Shown here piece after piece: positions 48,561-62,900 of a stretch of DNA of 64,000 nt (the stretch's first letter is position 1; the number at the start of each line of letters is the position of its first letter). Under the pieces are notes generated by a model. The model was not told the DNA's origin and did no database searches. It was given only the letters and a program-made list of their open reading frames with translations. The position numbers and the translations under genes were made by a program. Source of the DNA: Bugula neritina (Eukaryota; Animalia; Bryozoa). Where the stretch lies: NCBI GenBank assembly GCA_964035545.1, contig CAXIUT010000183.1, positions 1 through 64,000 on the forward strand, read 5' to 3'.

Positions 48561-49230
48561 CTGCTGTAGCACAGGGGATTCATTTTATAAAGTCTAAAAG
48601 TTAAACTTGACGTTCCTTGATATGTTTTCTCTAATATACTTTCTTTGTTTTTTGAAATTCTGTTTATGCTCTTCACAATTTGGTAAAAACATACACCATT
48701 TTGCAAGTTTCACTGCAATTTTCTAAATTCTTCATATGGTGGTTCTAGCTACGCTCCTGTGACTAATTATAACATTCCTAGTACGTTTGCCACTCTGCGC
48801 GCTATCACAATAACATATAGTACCCTCTCGCACAAATTGGCAATCTATTGGATTTCTGCCAATATAATGTTCCCTGTTTTACATTAGCACTTAGCTGAAG
48901 CATCTCACTATGTTACAACCTATTGAAAATGCCTCAGCACAACATAATTCCTTGTTTGTTTGGCAGAGTTAATTTCAGCTAAATCACTTCACTTTGCAGT
49001 CTTGTCAGTAAAGGTCTGTTTATAGTGCAGCAGTTGTACTTTCCGTTTCTCTAATTCACATATGATTATTTTAAGTACATTGTATTCTATAAGATCAATT
49101 TAAGGTTTAACCCAGTGTTCAGTATCTAATTATTATGCGTGTATGTTGTCTGACTGTTGAACAAAAGTTAAAAAAAACTTACAATTATAGCCATATTTAT
49201 TATACATGTGTAGGATTTGCATAAGTTGAC

Positions 49231-49310
49231 AAAAAAATTGCAACAAACTAGGGTTGAACCATGACCAACCAACTCCTCGCCGACGCCTTTAACCTCTGGA
49301 CCACTCAGTC
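49231..49310 (-). pseudogene. Degenerate tRNA-derived sequence / RNA Pol III type-2 promoter cassette inside the transposon
   Basis: The minus strand reads GACTGAG-TGGTCCAGAGG(A box)-TTAAAGGCGTCGGCGAGGAGTTGGTTGGTCAT-GGTTCAACCC(B box)-TAGTTTGTTGCAA-TTTTTTT. The A box starts at tRNA position 8, a D-arm-like GTC/GGC stem is present, A-B spacing is tRNA-like and a T7 run follows. Acceptor, anticodon and T stems pair poorly, so it is not a functional tRNA. Confidence 0.65.
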
Positions 49311-50679
49311 ATCGTACATACGACGCGCACTATATGAGTGACTATTATTAAATAAATATTTCGCGTGCAAATGGGTTATAATTATTAGGCTGTCAATTCA
49401 TGTTGATTAGCAGTGAACTGTTGCAATAGCCTCGGGTTACTAGCAGAGGTAATGGTTTTAAACAAATAACCCAAAAGTTTAAAAATAAGTAGCTTGCGTA
49501 TTGCTAGCTACAAAAACAGGTCTGAAATAGACTGGTAAAGCAAGCTCTTATTGTAGAGTTTGCAGGTGTGCTCTAAAATAAAACTTAAACTGTATGCTAT
49601 TACATAAGTATTTGTATGCAAGAGATAAATGGACAATACTGAGTTTCTGAAAACAACATACTTGAAGTTAACTTTGACAATGGTGTGTTATTTTCATCAT
49701 ACACTAGCACAGGTAGGGCCTATGCCCTATAGCATAAATCTCTAATCATATGAATCTTTATGAAGCCCACAGCTCATGTAAGGGTTGCAATGTAATTTGA
49801 AACTAAAAATTATGTTGCTGCATTGTGTCTAAGGTATATTAGAGAGCAGAATTTGGTTTTACTAGCCTACCCCAATGGCATTCTACAATGCAGCTTATAT
49901 GCTGGCAGTTGTAATAAGTACTGTCAATAGCAAGGTTACTATCACTGCTAGCTCTGTGCAGTATGTAACCTCTTGAATAATTGCGCCAATTTTAAACTCT
50001 TGGAAGTTGGCCAAGTTATCATATCGCAGCCAGCCACCGGAGACAAAGCATCAGAGCTATTCATATAATATTATACTGATGCACTTGGTAGCAGAGTGGC
50101 TAATCTAATATAGTTCATAGTTCAACATCCTTTACTTTGGGAATACAGCCTCTTTTTTTAGGTTTACCTAACAAAGCATGAAAATATCTAAATTGATATT
50201 CTGATAATTTAGAGGTACATTTTGAAAACTAGGTTAGTTGCACTTGTTTGCACAACAATAATAAAATATATATTATGCAGTATAATAAAAACACACTTAA
50301 TACTACATAATATATTATAATGATAATAATATAATATTATAAATACTATTACTGCATTTTATATCTCGGATGGTTTCCAAAAAAATGTATCACAAGTTCT
50401 GTAATTATACATAAAAAAAACTAGCTAGGCAGCAGGTTAGAATTGAGTAAATTTTTAAAACATGAAATCATGATTTGAATATTGTTTTATTTAGGCCAAC
50501 CAACCTAGGAATACTAGATCGGGTTTTAGCTGACAGTTTATAACATTTAGCTTTTGAGCCAGCAGCACCAGCACTTGTGAAGTATAGGCAGAGTTAGTGA
50601 AGCGAGACTAACGAGCACTCAAATACAAGGCATATTGAGATATACAATAACAAGTCAGGAGCGTATAAATTACAAAGAA

Positions 50680-50908
50680 TGTGGAAGGGGGACTATGTTT
50701 TTCAACAAGCTATAACTTAAACATTAATTGGCTTTTGAAAAAAAGAAAAAAGTATATTGGAGAACATAAGTTTCTTTATCTTTTCATATTTTTTTTGTTC
50801 TTGTGACATTCAACCTGTTCGAGCTATCAGTGGAACATTGTTCATATAGAACATAAAGCACCTGGCAAAGAGCCAGAAACTGAAAAGCATGACCTTAAAG
50901 TAACTGTG
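50680..50908 (-). repeat. Right terminal inverted repeat (20-bp core plus imperfect extension)
   Basis: Core 50889-50908 ATGACCTTAAAGTAACTGTG. Inverted blocks CTGTTCGAGCTATC 50815-50828, TATCTTTTCAT 50777-50787 and AAAAAAGTATAT 50746-50757 are in collinear order with the left end. Confidence 0.88.
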
Positions 50909-53900
50909 ATATACCGAAATATATGGTAAACTACTAAAACACACTGTAACACATTGAAAAATACTGCAAGATACTGAAATATACTGCGACACAATGCAAT
51001 ATACTGTAACATACTGAGATATGCTGTAGCACACTGAAATACACTGCAACACACTATAATACACTGCAAAATACTACAACATACTGAATTACACTGCAAT
51101 ATATTGAAATACAATGCAACACATTGAACTATACTGCAACATACCTAAATATACGGAAATATACTGAAATATACTGTAACACACTGAAAAACACTGCAAC
51201 ATACTGAAATATACTGCAAGATACTGCAACATACCGAAATACACTGGGACATACTGAAACGCACTGTAACATACTGAAACATGCTGTAGCACACTAAAAT
51301 AGACTGCAGCTCACTGAAATATACTGCAACATACTGAAATTCACTGCAGCATCCTACAACATGCTGAAATACACTGTAACATATTGAATTACACTGCAAC
51401 ACATTCAACTATACTGCAATATACCGAAATATATGGTAAACTACTGAAACATACTGTAACACATTGAAAAATACTGCAAGATACTGAAATATACTGCGAC
51501 ACAATGCAATATACTGTAACATACTGAGATATGCTGTAGCACACTGAAATACACTGCAACACACTATAATACACTGCAAAATACTACAACATACTGAATT
51601 ACACTGCAATATATTGAAATACAATGCAACACATTGAACTATACTGCAACATACCTAAATATACGGAAATATACTGAAATATACTGTAACACACTGAAAA
51701 ATACTGCAACATACTGAAATACACTGCAACCCACTGAAATACATCGCAAAATACTACAACATATTGAAATACACTGTAACACATTGAAATATACTACAAC
51801 ATACCTAAATATCCGGTAATATACTGAAATATACTGTAACACATTGAAAAATACTGCAACATACTGAAATACACTGCAACCCACTGAAATACATCGCAAA
51901 ATACTACAACATACTGAAATACACTGTAACATATTGAAATACACTGCAACACATTAAAATATACTGCAACCTACAGAAATATATGGTAAACTACTGAAAT
52001 ATACTGTAACACATTGAAAAATACTGCAACACACTGAAACGTACTGCGACACATTGCAATATACTGTAACATACTGAAACATACTGTAGCACACTGAAAT
52101 AGACTGCAGCTCACTGAAATATACTGCATTATACTGAAATTCACTGCAGCATCCTACAACATGCTGAAATACACTGTAACGTATTGAAATACACTGCAAC
52201 AAACTACAACATATTGAAATACACTGCAACGCATTGAAAGACACTGCAACACATTGAAATATACTGCAACATACCAAAATATATGGTAAACTGCTGAAAT
52301 ATACTTTAACACATTGGAAAATACTGCAACATACTGAAATATACTGTAACACACTGAAATATACTGCAACATACTGAAATACACTGCTAGATACCGAAAT
52401 ACACTGCAACATACTGCAACATTCTGGAATACACTGCAACATACCTAAATATACGGTGATATACCGAAAAAAAAACTGTAACAGATGGAAAAATTCTGCA
52501 ACATACTGAAATAAACTGCAACACACTGAAATACACCGCAAAATATTACAACATACTGAAATACACTGTAACATATTGAAATACACTGCAACACTTTGAA
52601 ATATACTGCAACATACCGAAATATATGGTAAACTACTAAAATATACTGTAACACTTTGAAAAATAGTGCAACATACTGAAATATACTGCGACACTTTGCA
52701 ATGTACTGTAACATACTGAAATATACTGTAACACACTGAAATATACTGCAACATACTGAAATACACTGTAACATACTGAAATAAACTGCAACATACCAAA
52801 ATATATGGTAAACTACTGAAATATACTTTAACACATTGAAAAATACTGCAACATACTAAAATATACTGTAACACACTGCAAGATACTGCATTATACTGAC
52901 ATACACTGGAACATATTGAAATACACTGCAACATCCTACAACATGCTGAAATACACTGTAACATGTTGAAATACACTGCAACAGAATGAAATATACTGCA
53001 ACATACCAAAATATATGGTAAACTACTGAAATATACTGTAACACACTGAAATATACTGCAACATACTGAAATACACTGTAACATACTGAAATATACTGCA
53101 ACATACTGAAACACACTGTAACATACTGAAATACACTGCAACATACTACAACATACTGAAATACACTGCAACAAATTGAAATATACTGAAACATACCTAA
53201 ATATACGGTAATAAACCGAAATACACTGCAACCCATTGAAATATACTGCAACCTACTGAAATATATGGTAAACTACTGAAATATACTGCGACACATTGCA
53301 ATATACTGTGACATACTGAAACATGCTGTGGCACACTAAAATAGACTGCAGCTCACTGAAATATACTGCAACATACTAAAATTCACTGCAGCATCCTACA
53401 ACATGCTGAAATACACTGTAACATATTGAATTACACTGCAACACATTGAAATATACTGCAATATACCGAAATATATGGTAAACTATTGAAACATGCTGTA
53501 ACACATTGAAAAATACTGCAAGATACTGAAATATACTGCGACACAATGCAATATACTGTAACATACTGAGATACACTGTAACATTCTACAACATACTGAA
53601 ATACACAGTATTATATTGAAATACACTGCAACACATTGAAATATACTGCAACATACCTAAATATACGGTAATTTACTGAAATATACTGTAACACATTGAA
53701 AAATACTGCAAGAAACTGAAATATACTGCGACACATTGAAAAATACTGCAACATACTGAAATACACTGCAACACACTGAAATACTTTGCAAAATACTACA
53801 ACTTACTGAAATACACTGTAACATTATGAAACACACTGCAACACATTGAAATATACTGCAATGTACCGAAATATATAGTAAACTACTCAATTATACTGTA

Positions 53901-56900
53901 ACATACTGAGATATGCTGTAGCACACTGAAATACACTGCAACTCACTGAAATAAACTGCAACATACTGAAATACACTGCAACATCCTACAACATACTGAA
54001 ATACACTGTAACATATTGAAATACACTGCAACACATTGAAATATACTGCGATATACCTCAACATACGGTAGTACACAATGAAATATACTGCAACATACCG
54101 GAATATATGGTAAACTACTGAGATATACTGTAACACATTGAAAAATACTGCAACATACTGAAATATACTGCGACAAAATGCAATATACTGTAACATACTG
54201 AGATATGCTGTAACACACTGAAACACACTGCAACTCACTGAAAGATACTGAAATATACTGCGACACATTGCAATATACCGTAACATACTGAAGTATGCTG
54301 TAGCAGACTGAACTACACTGCAACTCACTGAAATACACTGCAACATACTGAAATAAACTGTAACATATTGAAACATACCGCAACATACTGCAACATACTG
54401 AAAAACACTGTAACATACTGGACTACACTGCAAAAAACTACAACATATTGAAATACACTGCAACACATTGAAATATACTGCAACATACCTAAATATACGG
54501 TAATATACCGCAAAATACTGTAACACATTGAAAAATACTGTAACATACTGAAATATACTGCGACACATTGCAATATACTGTAACATACTGAAACATGCTG
54601 TAGCACACTAAAATAGACTGCAGCTCACTGAAATATACTGCAACATACTGAAATTCACTGCAGCATCCTACAACATGCTGAAATACACTGTAACATATTG
54701 AATTACACTGCAACACATTCAAATATACTGCAATATACCGAAATATATGGTAAACTACTGAAACATACTGTAACACATTGAAAAATACTGCAAGATACTG
54801 AAATATACTGCGACACAATGCAATATACTGTAACATACTGAGATATGCTGTAGCACACTGAAATACACTGCAACACACTATAATACACTGCAAAATACTA
54901 CAACATACTGAATTACACTGCAATATATTGAAATACAATGCAACACATTGAACTATAATGCAACATACCTAAATATACGGAAATATACTGAAATATACTG
55001 TAACACACTGAAAAACACTGCAACATACTGAAATATACTGCAAGATACTGCAACATACCGAAATACACTGGGACATACTGAAACACACTGCAACATACTG
55101 CATTATACTGACATACACTGGAACATATTGAAATACACTGCAACATCCTACAACATGCTGAAATACTCTGTAACATATTGAAATACACTGCAACACATTG
55201 AAATATACTGCCACATACCGAAATATATGGTGAACTACTGAAATATACTGTAACACATTGAAAAATACTGCAACATACTGAAATACACTGTAACATACTG
55301 AAATAAACTGCAACATACTGAAATACACTGCAACACACTGAAATACTTCGCAAAATACTACAACTTACTGAAATACACTGTAACATATTGAAACAGACTG
55401 CAACACATTGAAATATACTGCAATGTACCGAAATATATGGTAAACTACTGAAATTTACCGTAACACATTGAAAAATACTGCAAGATACTGAAATAAACTT
55501 CGACACATTGCAATATACTGTAACATACTGAACTATGCTGTAGCACACTGAGATACACTGCAACTCACTGAAATATACTGCAACATATTGAAATACACTG
55601 CAAGATCCTACAACATGCTGAAATACACTGTAACATATTGAAATACAGTGCAACACATTGAACTATACTGCGACATACCGAAATATATGGTAAACTAGTG
55701 AAATATACTTCAACACATTGAAAAATACTGCAACATACTGAAATACAGTGTAACACACTGAAATATACTGCAACATACTGAAATACACTGTAACATACTG
55801 AAATAAACTGCAACATACTGAAATACACTGCTACATACTGAAATATACTGCAACATACTGCAACATACTGAAATACACTGTAACATACTGAAATACACTG
55901 CAACAAACTACAACATATTGAAATACACTGCAACACATTGAACAATACTGCAACATACTGAAATATACTGTAACACACTGAAATATACTGCAACATACTG
56001 AAATACACTGTAACATACTGAAAGAAACTGCAACATACTGAAATACACTGCAACATCCTACAACATACTGAATTACACTGTAACATATTGAAATACACTG
56101 CAACACATTGAAAAATACTGCAACATACCGAAATATATGGTAAACTATTGAATTATACTGTAACACATTGAAAAATACTGAAACACACTGAAATATACTC
56201 TGACACAATGCAATATACTGTAACATACTGAAATATGCTGTAGCACACTGAAATACACTGCGACTCACTGAAATATACTGCAACATACTGAAAAACACTG
56301 TAACATATTGAAACATACTGCAACATACTGCAACATACTGAAATACACTGTAACATACTGAAATACATTGCAAAATACTACAACATATTGAAATACACTG
56401 CAACACATTGAAATATACTGCAACATACCTAAATATCCGGTAATATACTGAAATATACTGTAACACATTGAAAAATACTGCAACATACTGAAATACACTG
56501 CAACCCACTGAAATACATCGCAAAAGACTACAACATACTGAAATACACTGTAACATAGTGAAATACACTGCAACACATTGAAATATACCGCAACATACCT
56601 AAATATACGGTAATATACTGAAATATACTGTAAAACATTGAAAAATACTGCAAGATACTGAAATATACTGCGACACAATGCAATATACTGTAACATACTG
56701 AGATATGCTGTAGCACACTGAAATACACTGCAACACACTATAATACACTGCAAAATACTACAACATACTGAATTACACTGCAATATATTGAAATACAATG
56801 CAACACATTGAACTATAATGCAACATACCTAAATATACGGAAATATACTGAAATATACTGTAACACACTGAAAAACACTGCAACATACTGAAATATACTG

Positions 56901-59900
56901 CAAGATACTGCAACATACCGAAATACACTGGGACATACTGAAACACACTGCAACATACTGCATTATACTGACATACACTGGAACATATTGAAATACACTG
57001 CAACATCCTACAACATGCTGAAATACTCTGTAACATATTGAAATACACTGCAACACATTGAAATATACTGCCACATACCGAAATATATGGTGAACTACTG
57101 AAATATACTGTAACACATTGAAAAATACTGCAACATACTGAAATACACTGTAACATACTGAAATAAACTGCAACATACTGAAATACACTGCAACACACTG
57201 AAATACTTCGCAAAATACTACAACTTACTGAAATACACTGTAACATATTGAAACAGACTGCAACACATTGAAATATACTGCAATGTACCGAAATATATGG
57301 TAAACTACTGAAATTTACCGTAACACATTGAAAAATACTGCAAGATACTGAAATAAACTTCGACACATTGCAATATACTGTAACATACTGAACTATGCTG
57401 TAGCACACTGAGATACACTGCAACTCACTGAAATATACTGCAACATATTGAAATACACTGCAAGATCCTACAACATGCTGAAATACACTGTAACATATTG
57501 AAATACAGTGCAACACATTGAACTATACTGCGACATACCGAAATATATGGTAAACTAGTGAAATATACTTCAACACATTGAAAAATACTGCAACATACTG
57601 AAATACAGTGTAACACACTGAAATATACTGCAACATACTGAAATACACTGTAACATACTGAAATAAACTGCAACATACTGAAATACACTGCTACATACTG
57701 AAATATACTGCAACATACTGCAACATACTGAAATACACTGTAACATACTGAAATACACTGCAACAAACTACAACATATTGAAATACACTGCAACACATTG
57801 AACAATACTGCAACATACTGAAATATACTGTAACACACTGAAATATACTGCAACATACTGAAATACACTGTAACATACTGAAAGAAACTGCAACATACTG
57901 AAATACACTGCAACATCCTACAACATACTGAATTACACTGTAACATATTGAAATACACTGCAACACATTGAAAAATACTGCAACATACCGAAATATATGG
58001 TAAACTATTGAATTATACTGTAACACATTGAAAAATACTGAAACACACTGAAATATACTCTGACACAATGCAATATACTGTAACATACTGAAATATGCTG
58101 TAGCACACTGAAATACACTGCGACTCACTGAAATATACTGCAACATACTGAAAAACACTGTAACATATTGAAACATACTGCAACATACTGCAACATACTG
58201 AAATACACTGTAACATACTGAAATACATTGCAAAATACTACAACATATTGAAATACACTGCAACACATTGAAATATACTGCAACATACCTAAATATCCGG
58301 TAATATACTGAAATATACTGTAACACATTGAAAAATACTGCAACATACTGAAATACACTGCAACCCACTGAAATACATCGCAAAAGACTACAACATACTG
58401 AAATACACTGTAACATAGTGAAATACACTGCAACACATTGAAATATACCGCAACATACCTAAATATACGGTAATATACTGAAATATACTGTAAAACATTG
58501 AAAAATACTGCAAGATACTGAAATATACTGCGACACAATGCAATATACTGTAACATACTGAGATATGCTGTAGCACACTGAAATACACTGCAACACACTA
58601 TAATACACTGCAAAATACTACAACATACTGAATTACACTGCAATATATTGAAATACAATGCAACACATTGAACTATAATGCAACATACCTAAATATACGG
58701 AAATATACTGAAATATACTGTAACACACTGAAAAACACTGCAACATACTGAAATATACTGCAAGATACTGCAACATACCGAAATACACTGGGACATACTG
58801 AAACACACTGCAACATACTGCATTATACTGACATACACTGGAACATATTGAAATACACTGCAACATCCTACAACATGCTGAAATACTCTGTAACATATTG
58901 AAATACACTGCAACACATTGAAATATACTGCCACATACCGAAATATATGGTGAACTACTGAAATATACTGTAACACATTGAAAAATACTGCAACATACTG
59001 AAATACACTGTAACATACTGAAATAAACTGCAACATACTGAAATACACTGCAACACACTGAAATACTTCGCAAAATACTACAACTTACTGAAATACACTG
59101 TAACATATTGAAACAGACTGCAACACATTGAAATATACTGCAATGTACCGAAATATATGGTAAACTACTGAAATTTACCGTAACACATTGAAAAATACTG
59201 CAAGATACTGAAATAAACTTCGACACATTGCAATATACTGTAACATACTGAACTATGCTGTAGCACACTGAGATACACTGCAACTCACTGAAATATACTG
59301 CAACATATTGAAATACACTGCAAGATCCTACAACATGCTGAAATACACTGTAACATATTGAAATACAGTGCAACACATTGAACTATACTGCGACATACCG
59401 AAATATGTGGTAAACTAGTGAAATATACTTCAACACATTGAAAAATACTGCAACATACTGAAATACAGTGTAACACACTGAAATATACTGCAACATACTG
59501 AAATACACTGTAACATACTGAAATAAACTGCAACATACTGAAATACACTGCTACATACTGAAATATACTGCAACATACTGCAACATACTGAAATACACTG
59601 TAACATACTGAAATACACTGCAACAAACTACAACATATTGAAATACACTGCAACACATTGAACAATACTGCAACATACTGAAATATACTGTAACACACTG
59701 AAATATACTGCAACATACTGAAATACACTGTAACATACTGAAAGAAACTGCAACATACTGAAATACACTGCAACATCCTACAACATACTGAATTACACTG
59801 TAACATATTGAAATACACTGCAACACATTGAAAAATACTGCAACATACCGAAATATATGGTAAACTATTGAATTATACTGTAACACATTGAAAAATACTG

Positions 59901-62900
59901 AAACACACTGAAATATACTCTGACACAATGCAATATACTGTAACATACTGAAATATGCTGTAGCACACTGAAATACACTGCGACTCACTGAAATATACTG
60001 CAACATACTGAAAAACACTGTAACATATTGAAACATACTGCAACATACTGCAACATACTGAAATACACTGTAACATACTGAAATACATTGCAAAATACTA
60101 CAACATATTGAAATACACTGCAACACATTGAAATATACTGCAACATACCTAAATATCCGGTAATATACTGAAATATACTGTAACACATTGAAAAATACTG
60201 CAACATACTGAAATACACTGCAACCCACTGAAATAGATCGCAAAAGACTACAACATACTGAAATACACTGTAACATAGTGAAATACACTGCAACACATTG
60301 AAATATACCGCAACATACCTAAATATACGGTAATATACTGAAATATACTGTAAAACATTGAAAAATACTGCAAGATACTGAAATATACTGTGACACATTG
60401 CAATATACTGCAACATACTGAAATATACTGTAACACAATGAAATATACTGCAACATACTGAAATACACTGTAACACACTGAAATAAACTGCAACATACTG
60501 AAATACACTGCAACATCCTACAACATACTGAAATACACTGTAACATATTGAAACACACTGCAACACATTAAAATATACTGCAATGTACCGAATTATATGG
60601 TGAACTACTGAAATATACTGTAACACATTGAAAAATACTGCAAGATACTGAAATATACTGCGACACATTGCAATATACTGTAACATACTGAAATATGCTA
60701 TAGCACACTGAAATACACTGCAACTCACTGAAATATACTGCAACATATTGAAATACACTGCAACATTCTACAACATGCTGAAACACACTGTAACGTATTG
60801 AAATACACTGCAACACATTGAAATATACTGCAACATACCGAAATATATGGTAAACTACTGAAATAGACTGTAACACATTGCAAAAGACTGCAACATACTG
60901 AAATATACTGTGAGACCTTGAAATATACTCCAATATACCTAAATATACGGTAATATACCGAAAAACACTGAAATACACTGTAACATATTGAAACATACTG
61001 CAACATACTGCAACATACTGAAATACACTGTAACATACTGAAATACATTGCAATATACTACAACATATTGAAATACACTGTAACACATTGAAATATACTA
61101 CAACATACCTAAATATCCGGTAATATACTGAAATATACTGGAACACATTGAAAAATACTGCAACATACTGAAACATACTGCGACACATTGCAATATACTG
61201 TAACATACTGAAACATGCTGTAGCACACTGAAATAGACTGCAGCTCACTGAAATATACTGCAACATACTGAAATACACTGCTACATACTGAAATATACTG
61301 CAACATACTGCAACATACTGAAATACACTGTAACATACTGAAATACACTGCAACAAACTACAACATATTGAAATACACTGCAACACATTGAAATATACTG
61401 CAACATACCTAAATATACGGTAATATACCGAAAAAAAAACTGTAACAGATTGAAAAATTCTGCAACATACTGAAATAAACTGCAACACACTGAAATACAG
61501 CGCAAAACACTACAACATACTGAAATACACTGTAACATATTGAAATACACTGCAACACTTTGAAATATACTGCAACATACCGAAATATATGGTAAACTAC
61601 TTGAGTATACTGTAACACTTTGAAAAATAGTGCAACACACTGAAATATACTCTGACACATTGCAATATACTGTAACATACTGAAATATGCTGTAACACAC
61701 TGAAACACACTGCAACTCACTGAAATATACTGAAATATACTGCGACACATTGCAATATACCGTAACATACTGAAGTATGCTGTAGCAGACTGAACTACAC
61801 TGCAACTCACTGAAATACACTGCAACATACTGAAATAAACTGTAACATATTGAAACATACCGCAACATACTGCAACATACTGAAATACACTGTAACATAC
61901 TGAACTACACTGCAAAATACTACAACATATTGAAATACACTGCAACACATTGAAATATACTGCAACATACCTAAATATACGGTAATATACCGCAAAATAC
62001 AGTAACACATTGAAAAATACTGTAACATACTGAAATATACTGCGACACATTGCAATATACTGTAACATCCTGAAACATGCTGTAGCACACGAAAATAGAC
62101 TGCAGCTCACTGAAATATACTGCAACATACTGAAATTCACTGCAGCATTCTACAACATGCTGAAATACACTGTAACATATTGAATTACACTGCAACACAT
62201 TCAAATATACTGCAATATACCGAAATATATGGTAAACTACTGAAACCTACTGTAACACATTGAAAAATACTGCAAGATACTGAAATATACTGCGACACAA
62301 TGCAATATACTGTAACATACTGAGATATGCTGTAGCACACTGAAATACACTGCAACTCACTGAAATGTACTGCAACATACTGAAATACACTGTAACATTC
62401 TACAACATACTGAAATACACAGTATTATGATGAAATACACTGTAACATACTGAAATTCACTGCAAAATACTACAACATATTGAAATACAATGCAACACAT
62501 TGAACTATACTGCAACATACCTAAATATACGGAAATATACTGAAATATACTGTAACACACTGAAATATACTGCAACATACTGAAATATACTGCAAGATAC
62601 TGCAACATACCGAAATACACTGGGACATACTGAAACACACTGCAACATACTGCATTATACTGACATACACTGGAACATATTGAAATACACTGCAACATCC
62701 TACAACATGCTGAAATACTCTGTAACATATTGAAATACACTGCAACACATTGAAATATACTGCCACATACCGAAATATATGGTGAACTACTGAAATATAC
62801 TGTGACACATTGAAAAATACTGCAACATACTGAAATACACTGTAACATACTGAAATAAACTGCAACATACTGAAATACACTGCAACACACTGAAATACTT

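Larger units (their letters stand above)
48335..50908. mobile_element. 2,574-bp non-autonomous cut-and-paste DNA transposon with CACAG...CTGTG termini and a 2-bp TSD (AT); most compatible with the CMC (CACTA/EnSpm-Mirage-Chapaev) group
   Basis: Unique AT-rich sequence interrupts satellite B. The left end CACAGTTAGTTTAAGGTCAT matches the reverse complement of the right end CACAGTTACTTTAAGGTCAT at 19/20. Empty sites read ...tactgcaAT-ataccgaaat (e.g. ~5361-5380, ~51412-51430); here the site reads ...tactgcaAT[element]AT-ataccgaaat, a 2-bp duplication at 48333-48334/50909-50910. No internal ORF of 60 aa or more. The superfamily call is inferred from termini and TSD length only. Confidence 0.93.

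Noticed and set aside
49238-49310. Functional tRNA gene
   Set aside because: The acceptor and T stems are largely unpaired and there is no canonical 7-nt anticodon loop. It is kept only as a tRNA-derived relic.
49713-50476. Small hairpins/palindromes in the element (TAGGGC-CTAT-GCCCTA ~49714-49729; AAATCATGATTT 50465-50476) and an AT-rich tract ~50260-50350
   Set aside because: They are short enough to be expected by chance in 2.5 kb of AT-rich DNA and have no supporting context.
50810-51114. ORFs 50810-51064, 50842-51114 and 48089-48337 crossing the element borders
   Set aside because: These are satellite pseudo-ORFs that read a short distance into or out of the TIRs. They are not transposase sequence.
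55-60390. Similar higher-order lengths in satellite A (1,866 bp) and satellite B (1,860 bp)
   Set aside because: Many different periods occur in the window, so one near-match is unremarkable.
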